Source: a virus (lineage: Duplodnaviria; Caudoviricetes). Taken from it: a stretch of 42,862 bases of DNA. Below the pieces are notes generated by a model, which worked only from the letters and a program-made list of their open reading frames with translations, made no database searches and was not told where the DNA came from. Numbering within the stretch: the first letter of the stretch is position 1; every line of letters starts with the position of its first letter. Where the stretch lies: the IMG/VR virus record IMGVR_UViG_3300010376_000064, positions 1 through 42,862 of that record; one strand, 5' to 3'. Position numbers and translations under genes: made by a program. Of this stretch, positions 8,229 to 17,255 are shown in pieces.

Positions 8229-9917
8229 ATGAGAATGGGATCACTCTTCAGCGGTATCGGCGGCATAGACCTAGGCTTCGAGCGAGCCGGGTACGAGATC
8301 GCGTGGCAGGTAGAGATCGATCCATGGTGCCGCAAAGTTCTCGCCAAACACTTCCCTCATGCGGAGCGATTCAATGACGTCTGCGAATGTGGTGCCCATA
8401 ATCTCTCGCCAGTCGACGTTGTGGCCGGAGGATTTCCTTGCCAAGACATTTCAGTTGCGGGACTCGCCGCTGGAATCAACGGACGACACAGTGGTCTTTG
8501 GCGAGAGATGGCCCGAATTGTTGGGGAGCTACGACCAGCGTTCGTCCTTGTGGAGAACGTTGCAGTTCTGCTTGGACGGGGAGTTGAGCGTGTTTGTGGA
8601 GACCTGGCCGAGATCGGGTATGACGCGGAGTGGGAAATTATATCGGCTGCCGATGTCGGAGCACCTCACCTCCGACATCGAATCTGGATCGTCGCTTACC
8701 CGCAAGCCAACGCACCATGTGCCAACACCGACGACGCAGGATTACATAGAGCGCAAGTCCACGTCGACCAGCAAGCTCAACTACGAAACCAACAAGTCGG
8801 TAACGCTGGATCGCTGGGTGAATATGTGGCCCACTCCGACGGCGCAGGATGCGAAGAACGACGGGGGTCCGTCGCAGTGGAAGCGCAACAGCGATCCGCT
8901 GAATGTTGCCGTGAAGCGCTGGCCGACACCGACAGCGGGGGATGCGAAGTCGAGCGGCAGTCGCAATACGGAGAACAGTCAAGCGCACCCGGGAGTAAGT
9001 CTGACGGATGCAGTATGCGGAGATGGGGATATGGGAAGGAAGCGCTGGCCGACACCGCAGGCTCACGATTCCCACCCCGGGCATGCGGCGAGAGTGGGGA
9101 GATTCGGGACCAGGCACGGCGGCCGGAACCTGAACGACTGGGCCGCGAGATGGCCGACACCGACAGCGGACGATGCGAACAACGTGACGCGGACGAGCGG
9201 CGACTACCAGTCGCTAACCCGCGCAGCCAAGTCTTCGCAGGGTGGTCTATTCGACGAAGCGACCAATGGAAAGCTGAACCCGACGTGGGTAGAGTGGTTA
9301 ATGGGCTTCCCCCTGAATTGGACGGACGTTTAAGTGAAGAAGATTTGCGAGTTCTGCCAAGTGGAGATGGTCAGACCACGATGGTCGAACGGGAATCTGG
9401 ATTCTGCTTGGAAGACCCGTCGATTCTGCTCAAGCCGCTGCTACGGCGATTGGATACTGGCTCAGAAAAAAGGGAAACCTGCAAGTGGTCGGAAGATAGC
9501 ACAGAAGCGGTTCCCCCTGAAGCAATGCGAGAGATGCAAGAGTACAGTGCGTCTTCAACGTCACCACAAAGACAGAAATTCGCTGAACAACAAGGCCGAC
9601 AACGTGGAAGTTCTTTGTCAGACTTGCCACAAGAATCTGCATATGGCCGAGGGTTCTTGGAGTCGCGGATTGAAAAAAACGAAACTCTGCGCGATATGCG
9701 AACGCGAGTTTCTCCCGCACCATTCCAAAAATCACAAGACTTGCTCGCGGTCCTGCCTGAGCGAATTGGGGAGAAGAAACGCCCTAAAGCGTTGGAGAAT
9801 CGGGTCAATCGACTTAGAGGCCTAGGCAACGCCGCAGTGCCGCAGATCCCCGAACTGATAGCGCGGCGCTTGGCTGCGCTCCTCGCGCATTCAGGAGGTC
9901 GCGTAAATGGCCACTGA
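8229..9917 (+). CDS. C5-cytosine DNA methyltransferase, alpha polypeptide (motifs I-VIII and X)
   Basis: SLFSGIGG (I), GGFPCQD (IV), VENV (VI), PHLRHRIW (VIII), RLRGLGNAAVPQ (X). No motif IX in this frame. Confidence 0.92.
   Translation: MRMGSLFSGIGGIDLGFERAGYEIAWQVEIDPWCRKVLAKHFPHAERFNDVCECGAHNLSPVDVVAGGFPCQDISVAGLAAGINGRHSGLWREMARIVGELRPAFVLVENVAVLLGRGVERVCGDLAEIGYDAEWEIISAADVGAPHLRHRIWIVAYPQANAPCANTDDAGLHRAQVHVDQQAQLRNQQVGNAGSLGEYVAHSDGAGCEERRGSVAVEAQQRSAECCREALADTDSGGCEVERQSQYGEQSSAPGSKSDGCSMRRWGYGKEALADTAGSRFPPRACGESGEIRDQARRPEPERLGREMADTDSGRCEQRDADERRLPVANPRSQVFAGWSIRRSDQWKAEPDVGRVVNGLPPELDGRLSEEDLRVLPSGDGQTTMVERESGFCLEDPSILLKPLLRRLDTGSEKRETCKWSEDSTEAVPPEAMREMQEYSASSTSPQRQKFAEQQGRQRGSSLSDLPQESAYGRGFLESRIEKNETLRDMRTRVSPAPFQKSQDLLAVLPERIGEKKRPKALENRVNRLRGLGNAAVPQIPELIARRLAALLAHSGGRVNGH
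8359..9333 (+). CDS. Nested +1-frame methyltransferase beta-like polypeptide with WPTP repeats and motif IX
   Basis: Open for 324 codons inside the MTase gene; WPRSGMTRSG; four WPTP repeats plus a VPTP; ends GKLNPTWVEWLMGFPLNWTD (motif IX-like), as in the M.EcoHK31I arrangement. Exact start uncertain. Confidence 0.8.
   Translation: MRSDSMTSANVVPIISRQSTLWPEDFLAKTFQLRDSPLESTDDTVVFGERWPELLGSYDQRSSLWRTLQFCLDGELSVFVETWPRSGMTRSGKLYRLPMSEHLTSDIESGSSLTRKPTHHVPTPTTQDYIERKSTSTSKLNYETNKSVTLDRWVNMWPTPTAQDAKNDGGPSQWKRNSDPLNVAVKRWPTPTAGDAKSSGSRNTENSQAHPGVSLTDAVCGDGDMGRKRWPTPQAHDSHPGHAARVGRFGTRHGGRNLNDWAARWPTPTADDANNVTRTSGDYQSLTRAAKSSQGGLFDEATNGKLNPTWVEWLMGFPLNWTDV
9334..9825 (+). CDS. Nested HNH endonuclease with flanking zinc-ribbon domains
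   Basis: GTG directly after the beta TAA. CEFC...RFCSSRC; CERC...RHHKDRNSLNNKADNVEVLCQTCHKNLH (HNH); CAIC...KTCSRSC. Confidence 0.85.
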   Translation: MKKICEFCQVEMVRPRWSNGNLDSAWKTRRFCSSRCYGDWILAQKKGKPASGRKIAQKRFPLKQCERCKSTVRLQRHHKDRNSLNNKADNVEVLCQTCHKNLHMAEGSWSRGLKKTKLCAICEREFLPHHSKNHKTCSRSCLSELGRRNALKRWRIGSIDLEA

Positions 9918-12072
9918 AGCCATCCCCAGCGTCCCGGGCTTCATGCCGCCCGGTCAGGTGATCGCGCTGCCGATCCGCCCTGAGCAGGAGAAGACCACTG
10001 CAGGCGGCGCTGTGCCTGCCCAGTTCAGCGATGACGCTGCAGCCACGCTGACGTGGCAGGACTATCAGAGGGCCAGAACGTACGTGGAGTCGAACCTGTG
10101 GCTGCTCGAATGGCAGACCACCGACATTTTGTACCAGAGTCCAACGGTCGACAGGTTCCCCTACAACGAGCACGGCAGACCGGGGCGCGTCTCGCGATAT
10201 CTGGTAGCGAAAAACGTCAACACCATGGCGCGTCAGGTAAAGCGCTCGATCTTCTCCGAGCAGACGCCCTTCTTCCTGAGACCGTCGAAAGATACCACCC
10301 AGATGATGGCCGATGCGTGGACGGTGCTGATCGACAAGCTTCTCCAGCGGATGAATTTTCAATATCACGTTGGGCTGCTGATCGACTGCCAGGTGCTGCA
10401 GGGGACGGGGCTGGGCAAGGCCTTCTGGGACACGCGCAAGGTCATGCGCAAATACCGCGTGCGCAAGAAGCCACCCGTCACGATCCGCACTGCGATGGGG
10501 ACGAGGGAGATCAACACCATCGAGAGCGACGAGTTCGACGTGGAAGAGCGCGAGGTCGAAGAAAGCTGGCCATGCTTCGAGTATCGCAAGCTGGGCACCA
10601 CGCTTTTCGATCCGAAGACCGCGACACCGAACAGGCCCGATCTGAGCGGCAACTACTGCATCGATCTCGATTACGTCACGTTCGCCGATCTGCAGCAGAT
10701 GCGCCAGCTGGACTGCTATCGAAACATCCCCGATGAAGAGACGCTGCGAAACTTTTTCTTCTCGCGACCGAACGGTGACGCGCCTGTAGGAACGCAGATC
10801 GAGCAGAACAACTCCAGCTCTGGCAGCCCTGTCACGCACGCCGAGAGTCGCGCCGCGCAGACCTCCGAGGATCCGCTGCTCAAGCCGCTGCTGCTCATCG
10901 AGCGCTGGAGCTGCGACAACGTGCAGACGATTCTCTACTACGAAGGCAAGAAGCTCACCATCCGCAACGAGGAGCATGATGGCACTTGCATTCACGTCTC
11001 CGCGAACTGGTGGTCGATAGACAACTGCCTCTATGGCTTGGGCGTGGGACGCACCACGTCAGCAGACCAACGCATAAACCAAGCGGTCTTGAATGAGGCG
11101 CTCAAGATGATCGCCTTCCCGATGAATGCGCCGCTGCTGGTCGGCACCGGAATAAACGCGCCGACGCAGAATGTGATCCATCGGCTGGGAGGCTTCTGGC
11201 AGATCGAGGGCATGCCCCCGGGCAGCGACCTGAGAAAGCAAGTGGGATTCCTCGAGATGCCGCCTGTGCCGTCCGATGCGTGGCACATGCTGGAGCTGTC
11301 GCAGCAGAGCGCCGAGGACATCAGCGGCGCGAACAGTGCATTCATGCAGGGAAATCTCCCGGGCCCGGGGAGCAGCGCCGCACGCACGGCTACAGGCGCG
11401 TCGAGGATCGCCAACAAGGCCGACGAGAACATCACCACACCTGTCGAGGCAATCTCCGAAGGCGTGATCACCAGAGTGGTTTATTGGCTGATCGGCATGA
11501 TCAAAGAATTCATGCCGCTGTGGGAAATCAGGGAAATCCTCGCCGAGAAGTATGAGAAGAACTTCATCGACTCTCTGTTCATGGGGAAGTTGATGAACGC
11601 CGAATTCGAGGTTCAGGTGCTCGCCGGCGAGAAGCTCGCGAAGCGTCAGGGCATCCAGCAGATCCTGCCCTTCTTCATGCAGATGGTGCAGCAACCCCAA
11701 TTACTCCAGTTTTTGCATCAGCGCGGCGACACGGTGGACTTCGCCGCGATCATGGATCTTCTCATGCAGGTATCCGAGCTGCAGGGTCAGCCGGATATTA
11801 TCCGTCCACTCACCGATCAGGAGCGGCAGACCATGCAGGCGATGACTGTCGCGCCGAACGCCGCGCAGAACGCAGGCAAGCTGCAGCTCGAGCAGGCACG
11901 CGGTCAGAACAAAATTCAGGAAATCCACGCGAAGGCGCAGGACGACCTGGCTACCTCCCTCACCGAGAAAGCCATGGACAGGACGCAGGAAGGCATACCG
12001 CTGGAACGTGCCATGGCGCTCACTGAACGTGCGCAGGATCAGAAGATCCTGCAAGGGGCCTTCACCCAATGA
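9907..12072 (+). CDS. Portal protein (podovirus/P22-like)
   Basis: 721 aa, after terL; GTGLGK, YGLGVG, ISGAN..MQG...ARTATG motifs; Gln-rich coiled C-terminus; AGGAGG RBS. Confidence 0.85.
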   Translation: MATEAIPSVPGFMPPGQVIALPIRPEQEKTTAGGAVPAQFSDDAAATLTWQDYQRARTYVESNLWLLEWQTTDILYQSPTVDRFPYNEHGRPGRVSRYLVAKNVNTMARQVKRSIFSEQTPFFLRPSKDTTQMMADAWTVLIDKLLQRMNFQYHVGLLIDCQVLQGTGLGKAFWDTRKVMRKYRVRKKPPVTIRTAMGTREINTIESDEFDVEEREVEESWPCFEYRKLGTTLFDPKTATPNRPDLSGNYCIDLDYVTFADLQQMRQLDCYRNIPDEETLRNFFFSRPNGDAPVGTQIEQNNSSSGSPVTHAESRAAQTSEDPLLKPLLLIERWSCDNVQTILYYEGKKLTIRNEEHDGTCIHVSANWWSIDNCLYGLGVGRTTSADQRINQAVLNEALKMIAFPMNAPLLVGTGINAPTQNVIHRLGGFWQIEGMPPGSDLRKQVGFLEMPPVPSDAWHMLELSQQSAEDISGANSAFMQGNLPGPGSSAARTATGASRIANKADENITTPVEAISEGVITRVVYWLIGMIKEFMPLWEIREILAEKYEKNFIDSLFMGKLMNAEFEVQVLAGEKLAKRQGIQQILPFFMQMVQQPQLLQFLHQRGDTVDFAAIMDLLMQVSELQGQPDIIRPLTDQERQTMQAMTVAPNAAQNAGKLQLEQARGQNKIQEIHAKAQDDLATSLTEKAMDRTQEGIPLERAMALTERAQDQKILQGAFTQ

Positions 12073-12293
12073 CCACAACCGTTCTTGAACCCTGTCCCAA
12101 AGCGAAAAAAGTCATGACGCTGATCGCTCGCCGCAATGTTTACAAGCTCAGGTGCAAACCGGACTGTCCATCCTGCAAGGGCAAAGCCTACGTGCAGACG
12201 TGCCCTGATTGCGATGGTGCTGGCCTGCTGCTGGGCAGCCGCTGTGGACGCTGCGGCGCGACTGGCAAGATCCCCGGGCAACCAGACGACTAA
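12069..12293 (+). CDS. DnaJ-type CxxCxGxG zinc-finger miniprotein
   Basis: CPSCKGK, CPDCDGAG, CGRCGATG; ATGA-coupled. Confidence 0.7.
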   Translation: MTTTVLEPCPKAKKVMTLIARRNVYKLRCKPDCPSCKGKAYVQTCPDCDGAGLLLGSRCGRCGATGKIPGQPDD

Positions 12294-12303
12294 GGAGATT
12301 TCC

Positions 12304-12591
12304 ATGCAGCTCTATCAGCAGTACTCCGTCAACTTCTACTCCGATGGCTCTGACACACTCACCTTCAAGCTCACCGATCCACCGCTGAATCTGGACATCA
12401 CAGGCAGTGAAGCGAGCGCTCTCGAGGATGCGCAATTCCGCCCCGTCTCCAACGTGCCTGCTTCCCCGTTCCTGAAGGAATGCACTCTTGACGGCAACGA
12501 AGTGACGGCGACCTTCTCCGCAGATCTGCCAGAGGTCGATATCAGCCAGCAGAAAGCCAAATATGGACTCAGCTTCACGCTGGTCTTCTAA
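12304..12591 (+). CDS. Hypothetical acidic beta-rich protein
   Basis: AAGGAG RBS before ATG 12304. Confidence 0.65.
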   Translation: MQLYQQYSVNFYSDGSDTLTFKLTDPPLNLDITGSEASALEDAQFRPVSNVPASPFLKECTLDGNEVTATFSADLPEVDISQQKAKYGLSFTLVF

Positions 12592-12605
12592 GTGGGGGCA
12601 GTAAC

Positions 12606-14072
12606 ATGGCGAGCAACGCGTTGAGGTTCCTGTACTGGTTCACATTCATCGTTCTCATCTGCGCGTTGCTCGTCCTCTGGTGGCTGTGGCATCGGCCGCC
12701 GAGCGACGTCGTCGCCGACTTTCAGAACCGCACCAGCACCGTCTATATTCAAAAAAATTTTCTGGGCTCCGGTGGAGTGGGCACCACGCTGTCCGACAGT
12801 TCAGGCATGCGGATAATCACCGATGCCAACCTGCGCGGTAATCGCGTCTGGGCCTCGCTGAATCTGATCTACGCCAGCGGCGACACGCCCGACTATGGCC
12901 TGTTCGACCAGCAGATGAACCGCGCCACGGCGAACGGTCTGGACCCCATTGTGGTGATCTACGGCACGCCGCCGAGTCTGGGTGCCAGCGCCTGCTCCAT
13001 GCCCTCCAGCGTGGCGAAGTGGGCGCAACTGGCCACTGGTGTCGTCGCGCACATTGATCAGGCTCACGCAGGCCTGCGCTACGAGATCTGGAACGAACCG
13101 GACGCTGGCGCATTCTGCAGCTCGAATCAACTGCAGGACTATCTGACTTTGTACGGCACAGCCGTTCCCAAGATGCGTGACGCTGCGCCTACAGCCCGGT
13201 TTGGAGGGCCTGCGCTGGCCAGCCCGGGCCCAAATGCCCAAACGTGGATTCCGGCCCTCCTGAGCGGCGCTACAGCCCCGTACGTGGACTTCCTGAGTTT
13301 CCATCTGTACATAACGGGGACTTGGTTGTTGCCGGGGATGACCTGGGACCAGCTCTATCAGCAGACGATCAATCCCACCGCTGGTCTGAGCTACTACTAC
13401 GTGCAGTTTGAGAAGTACGTCCGCGCCGGATCGCAGCCGAATCCCGCGACCACGCCGATCTACATCGACGAATACAACACCAACTACAGTTACTCCTCGA
13501 ATTGCTGTCAGAACGATGTGATTTTTGGCCCACTGTGGAATACGACAGCGATGGTGATCTGGATGAATGCGGTGAGCGATGGCGCGTCGACCATCCCCGG
13601 AGGCCTCGTGTACTTTATGTCTTCGGACGCGAACAACTTTTTCTGTTTGATCGGAGCACCAAGCGACAACTATGCGGACTGCAGATATCCGACGCAGGGA
13701 CAGAACAACTACGCAGCCTATCCCAGCCTTCTGGCTTACCAGTTATTCGCGCAGGCGGGATATCTCAACATCGAAGACGGCGGGAACGTCGCGGCGCGGC
13801 CGAAAGTACCACAGGGTCTGCTGGCCACGGCGTTCTACACAGCGCACGCAGACGACCTGGTGATCGTGAATCCCACGTCGACCGCTTACAGTGAGCTGCG
13901 CGTCAAGCTCCAGCACCCGGGCATGCACAGCATCACACCCAAACTGTTCCTGCTGAGTAACAACAATCTGGTCAGTTCGCCGCTGCGGATCGCGCCAGCG
14001 CTCGATGGCGTGACGGCGAAAGTAGATCTGCCAGCCTACTCGACGTTAGCGATTCAATTGACGCAGCAGTAA
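12606..14072 (+). CDS. Membrane-anchored clan GH-A glycoside hydrolase (GH39-like)
   Basis: N-terminal TM (FLYWFTFIVLICALLVLWWLW); YEIWNEPD acid/base motif, GGPALA, DFLSFHLY, IYIDEYN nucleophile motif; C-terminal beta-sandwich ending LPAYS. Confidence 0.82.
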   Translation: MASNALRFLYWFTFIVLICALLVLWWLWHRPPSDVVADFQNRTSTVYIQKNFLGSGGVGTTLSDSSGMRIITDANLRGNRVWASLNLIYASGDTPDYGLFDQQMNRATANGLDPIVVIYGTPPSLGASACSMPSSVAKWAQLATGVVAHIDQAHAGLRYEIWNEPDAGAFCSSNQLQDYLTLYGTAVPKMRDAAPTARFGGPALASPGPNAQTWIPALLSGATAPYVDFLSFHLYITGTWLLPGMTWDQLYQQTINPTAGLSYYYVQFEKYVRAGSQPNPATTPIYIDEYNTNYSYSSNCCQNDVIFGPLWNTTAMVIWMNAVSDGASTIPGGLVYFMSSDANNFFCLIGAPSDNYADCRYPTQGQNNYAAYPSLLAYQLFAQAGYLNIEDGGNVAARPKVPQGLLATAFYTAHADDLVIVNPTSTAYSELRVKLQHPGMHSITPKLFLLSNNNLVSSPLRIAPALDGVTAKVDLPAYSTLAIQLTQQ

Positions 14073-14186
14073 AATTGACGACGCCTCGTGATTCCTGTGA
14101 GGGGAGAGATCATTGAGGCGGCTGAGGCGAATGAGAGGCTCGATTTCTTAGTGTGGGTCGAGCCTTTCTTCGCGGCGAATTTCCTG

Positions 14187-14216
14187 TTGACGCCTTGCCA
14201 GCGCTGGTGATAGTTT
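14187..14216 (+). promoter_or_regulatory. Candidate sigma70 promoter for the gene at 14265
   Basis: TTGACG-18 nt-TAGTTT with an extended TGn. Confidence 0.45.
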
Positions 14217-14264
14217 CGACTCCAGCAGTCGTATTAAAATAAGAAAACAGGAAAATAAAAACTC

Positions 14265-14762
14265 ATGACGGAACGAAAAGTAACGGCGAAAGCAATGTAT
14301 GAAGCGACCACTGCGGAGCGTGGCGGCATATTGAACACTGGCTACACAGCACTCGAGATGTATGGAGGGCGCGGCAATCTGGCATTCCGCCTGATGGAAG
14401 TGGAGCGGCAGACGAAGACCACCAAGCAGGCGTACTTGGGCGAGTTCACAGGCGACAAGTTCTGGGAGTGGAAGGTCAAGAAACTCGACGGAGCGGTGCA
14501 GCGCCTGAGAGCGATCTTCGAGCGCCATGGCAAGGAAGTGGGTTTTCTCGCCGAGCTGCGCGACTTCAAGTATGGCTTTCGCGTGCGGATCAAGGGCTAC
14601 AAATATGTGGTGCGCTACGAGAAACGTCTTCGCGGCGCTGCATGGAAATCCGGCGAGCACAACTTAGAGGTTGTGATGGCTTACACTGAGCAGATTCTCG
14701 AAGAGATCTGGCAGAAACAACATGGATCAACTGGAACAGTACCTGCGCGGCATACCGCTTAA
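14265..14762 (+). CDS. Hypothetical protein (moron-like)
   Basis: AT-rich upstream region, AGGA RBS, own promoter candidate; overlaps the next gene by 41 nt. Confidence 0.65.
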   Translation: MTERKVTAKAMYEATTAERGGILNTGYTALEMYGGRGNLAFRLMEVERQTKTTKQAYLGEFTGDKFWEWKVKKLDGAVQRLRAIFERHGKEVGFLAELRDFKYGFRVRIKGYKYVVRYEKRLRGAAWKSGEHNLEVVMAYTEQILEEIWQKQHGSTGTVPARHTA

Positions 14763-15096
14763 CGAAGAGAATGCGGCCCTCCTTGAGGGCCGCGATCCTG
14801 CCCTCGAATATCCCATCGAGTCTATGACTCTGGGACAAAATCAAACAAACGAAGAGATTACCGATGAGGACCGGGAGTGGCTGCGCCGCCTGCCCCATGA
14901 ACCGGGCTTCAAAGTCTTTTGGAGACTACTCAATAACGCTGTTGCAAAGCGTGAGAGAAGCGCTATACTTCTGTCCTCACAAGACCCCATCAGTAATAGG
15001 GATCGCATTACGACCGAGTGGACATACGTAGCATGTTTCAAAACAGTTTTGAGGGATATCGAACTAATGGTGCAGCAGGCAGTTCGCAGGGCTTGA
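14722..15096 (+). CDS. Small helical head-module protein
   Basis: Position before the scaffold gene; amphipathic helices typical of the small gene between podovirus portal and scaffold. Confidence 0.6.
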   Translation: MDQLEQYLRGIPLNEENAALLEGRDPALEYPIESMTLGQNQTNEEITDEDREWLRRLPHEPGFKVFWRLLNNAVAKRERSAILLSSQDPISNRDRITTEWTYVACFKTVLRDIELMVQQAVRRA

Positions 15097-15130
15097 AAGC
15101 TAAGTTCTCCAGATCAGCGTTGTTTTTAAA

Positions 15131-16009
15131 GTGACCAGGATTTCCCCAATGGCAAGGCACTGGCTAAACGACGGAAGACCGGACGATACCGGCAGAATTT
15201 GTCTAGAAATCGATCCAGAGGATGGCACGCACCCGCTTCGCATCTGGGGCCGATCACAGGGAGAAATCCTTGAAAAAGCGGCGAAGACTGTGGAGCATGG
15301 TCAACGCACCATTCTTCAACTGAAAACACAGATAACCACCAATCGTGCCAACGGGTCTTCCCAGACAAACGGCGCTGGGACCGATGGCACTGCGGCGGGT
15401 GCCGCAAGTCCCCCCGTCCCTAAGAGGGTTCCATTGTCGCCCAGTGAGACGTTGTCGCTCACGCAAGACATCGCGAACCCAGAAAAGGCACCCGCCGCCC
15501 TCACCCGGCTGATAGAGGATCACACAGGCTTCGACTTCACCGCTCATGCAGCAGAGGAGACGGTGAAGCGCATCTCGACGATGCAACTGAACTGGGAGCA
15601 GGAACACCCAGACTTTCCGAAGCATGCGGTCAACTACAGGCTGGTAAATGACGCGGCTACGATCAGAGCTGGTAGTTATGCAAACATAACTCCCCAGATT
15701 CTGGACACCGTGTACAACGAGCTGTCGAACGCCGGGCTGCTTGTACCGCCCGAAGAAGAGACAGAAACACCAGTAACCCCCGCGCAACCGGACGAAACTC
15801 CGCAAACTGTACGGCGGCCCCGAGGATCGGGAGCTGCGAGCTATCGCAGGGCTAGCATGGCCAGCCCAGCGCCAGCCGCAGTTCAAGTGCCTAAGTACAC
15901 AGCAGCGCAAATCGCGCAGATGAGCAGTAGTGAGATTCGCCGCAAGCTTGAAGCAGGCGAACCTGGCTTTGCAGAATCTGTAGCAGCGCTGCAAGCCAAG
16001 CCAGCCTGA
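15131..16009 (+). CDS. Capsid scaffolding protein (putative)
   Basis: Directly upstream of the MCP; helical with low-complexity linkers; C-terminal YTAAQIAQMSSSEIRRKL helix motif. Start may be ATG 15149. Confidence 0.7.
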   Translation: MTRISPMARHWLNDGRPDDTGRICLEIDPEDGTHPLRIWGRSQGEILEKAAKTVEHGQRTILQLKTQITTNRANGSSQTNGAGTDGTAAGAASPPVPKRVPLSPSETLSLTQDIANPEKAPAALTRLIEDHTGFDFTAHAAEETVKRISTMQLNWEQEHPDFPKHAVNYRLVNDAATIRAGSYANITPQILDTVYNELSNAGLLVPPEEETETPVTPAQPDETPQTVRRPRGSGAASYRRASMASPAPAAVQVPKYTAAQIAQMSSSEIRRKLEAGEPGFAESVAALQAKPA

Positions 16010-16072
16010 GCTAACTTCCGTATTCCCACGAACGGTAGTTAAGTTACGGGCTGGCTTCGCATGGAGCCGTCC

Positions 16073-17239
16073 ATGAACTGCGAACGAATTACTCGCCTGC
16101 TGGTGAACTACATCTTCTTCCCGCTTCTCCAGCTCATCGTGGCGCTTGGGTCAGCAATGATTGTGACCATGCGCTATGCGCTTGCTTGTGCCAGTCACCC
16201 TGGCGCTGCATTCTGCGATGGCTTCTCGCCAGCCAGCATGCAGTCAGGCAATATGCCTCAGGCAGCTTTCTCTACGTTTTACAATCGGGCGTTCCTCGAA
16301 AACCTGAAGCAGAAGCTGGTTATGATGCGCATGACCACGCGTCTGCCGATGCCAGCCAAGAGCGGTCAGATCTACAGAAACTTCATGTGGCCGACCTTTC
16401 CGGCGAACACGCAGCAGGCTGCTGAAGGTACTGTCGGATCGGGTATCTCAACGACCGCTAACTTTCAGGACTATATCCTCGGCCAATGGGCAGACTATCT
16501 TGGACTAAGTGACAAGGCATTAGTCACCTCTATCAGTGATGATCTGATCGCTCTGCGGCGCGAGATGGCGTACAGGCTGGGGCTCACCATTGATGACTTG
16601 ATTATGGCGATCTTTGACTGGCTGCGCACCTTGGATAGCAAAACAGCCAATCTGGATGCGCCTTCCGGCACTCCGAATTTCACGAAGGCCATGATCGAGC
16701 AGGCACCCTTCTCGCTGCGCGGCCAGAATGTGAACGAATTAGACACGGGCTACTTTGCTGGTAAGGTACACCCATTTTTCATCGGAGATATGGTCGCTCT
16801 AGATACAGGCAATAATTCGATTGTTGATATCTGGAAGAGGACCGCAGAAGGCCAGATGAAGCTGACCGAGTTACCTGATCCCGAGGACGGTGACTCTGTA
16901 CGCATTATAGAGCTGTTTGGCGTTCATTGGATGTCCTCGACCAACTGTACTCAAACTGCGAACTGGCAGAGCACTGGCAAGACCGCCATCCGCACCTACT
17001 GCGCTGGCCGCGATGCGGTGATCACGATCCGTCTGAATCGTGAGAATCGCAGTGATGTGGACGACGGGAATTACAAGAACATGAAAATCTGGATGGGGAC
17101 ATACGAAATGGGCCAAGCTGCGGATCCTGCGGGACTCATCGGCGCAGCCGTTTCGTACAACGCCATACTGGCGTTTGGCCCTCCACCCGATGTTGTAAGC
17201 CGTGCCAGGTGCTGGGACGCTGTCCCTCAAACCACCTAG
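16073..17239 (+). CDS. Major capsid protein (N4-gp56-like HK97 fold) with hydrophobic N-terminal extension
   Basis: FYNRAFLENLK, LPMPAKSGQ, AEGTVG, LGQWADY..LSD, HPF...D, ADPAGLIG..VSY motifs. GGAG RBS 6 nt before ATG 16073. Confidence 0.88.
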   Translation: MNCERITRLLVNYIFFPLLQLIVALGSAMIVTMRYALACASHPGAAFCDGFSPASMQSGNMPQAAFSTFYNRAFLENLKQKLVMMRMTTRLPMPAKSGQIYRNFMWPTFPANTQQAAEGTVGSGISTTANFQDYILGQWADYLGLSDKALVTSISDDLIALRREMAYRLGLTIDDLIMAIFDWLRTLDSKTANLDAPSGTPNFTKAMIEQAPFSLRGQNVNELDTGYFAGKVHPFFIGDMVALDTGNNSIVDIWKRTAEGQMKLTELPDPEDGDSVRIIELFGVHWMSSTNCTQTANWQSTGKTAIRTYCAGRDAVITIRLNRENRSDVDDGNYKNMKIWMGTYEMGQAADPAGLIGAAVSYNAILAFGPPPDVVSRARCWDAVPQTT

Positions 17240-17255
17240 CCACGGTCTGAAGGAT

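Noticed and set aside
9320-9800. Intein or group I intron in the methyltransferase
   Set aside because: No intein terminal motifs (N-terminal Cys/Ser block, His-Asn end) in the alpha frame. The HNH is in another frame and fills the whole insert, leaving no room for a ribozyme core.
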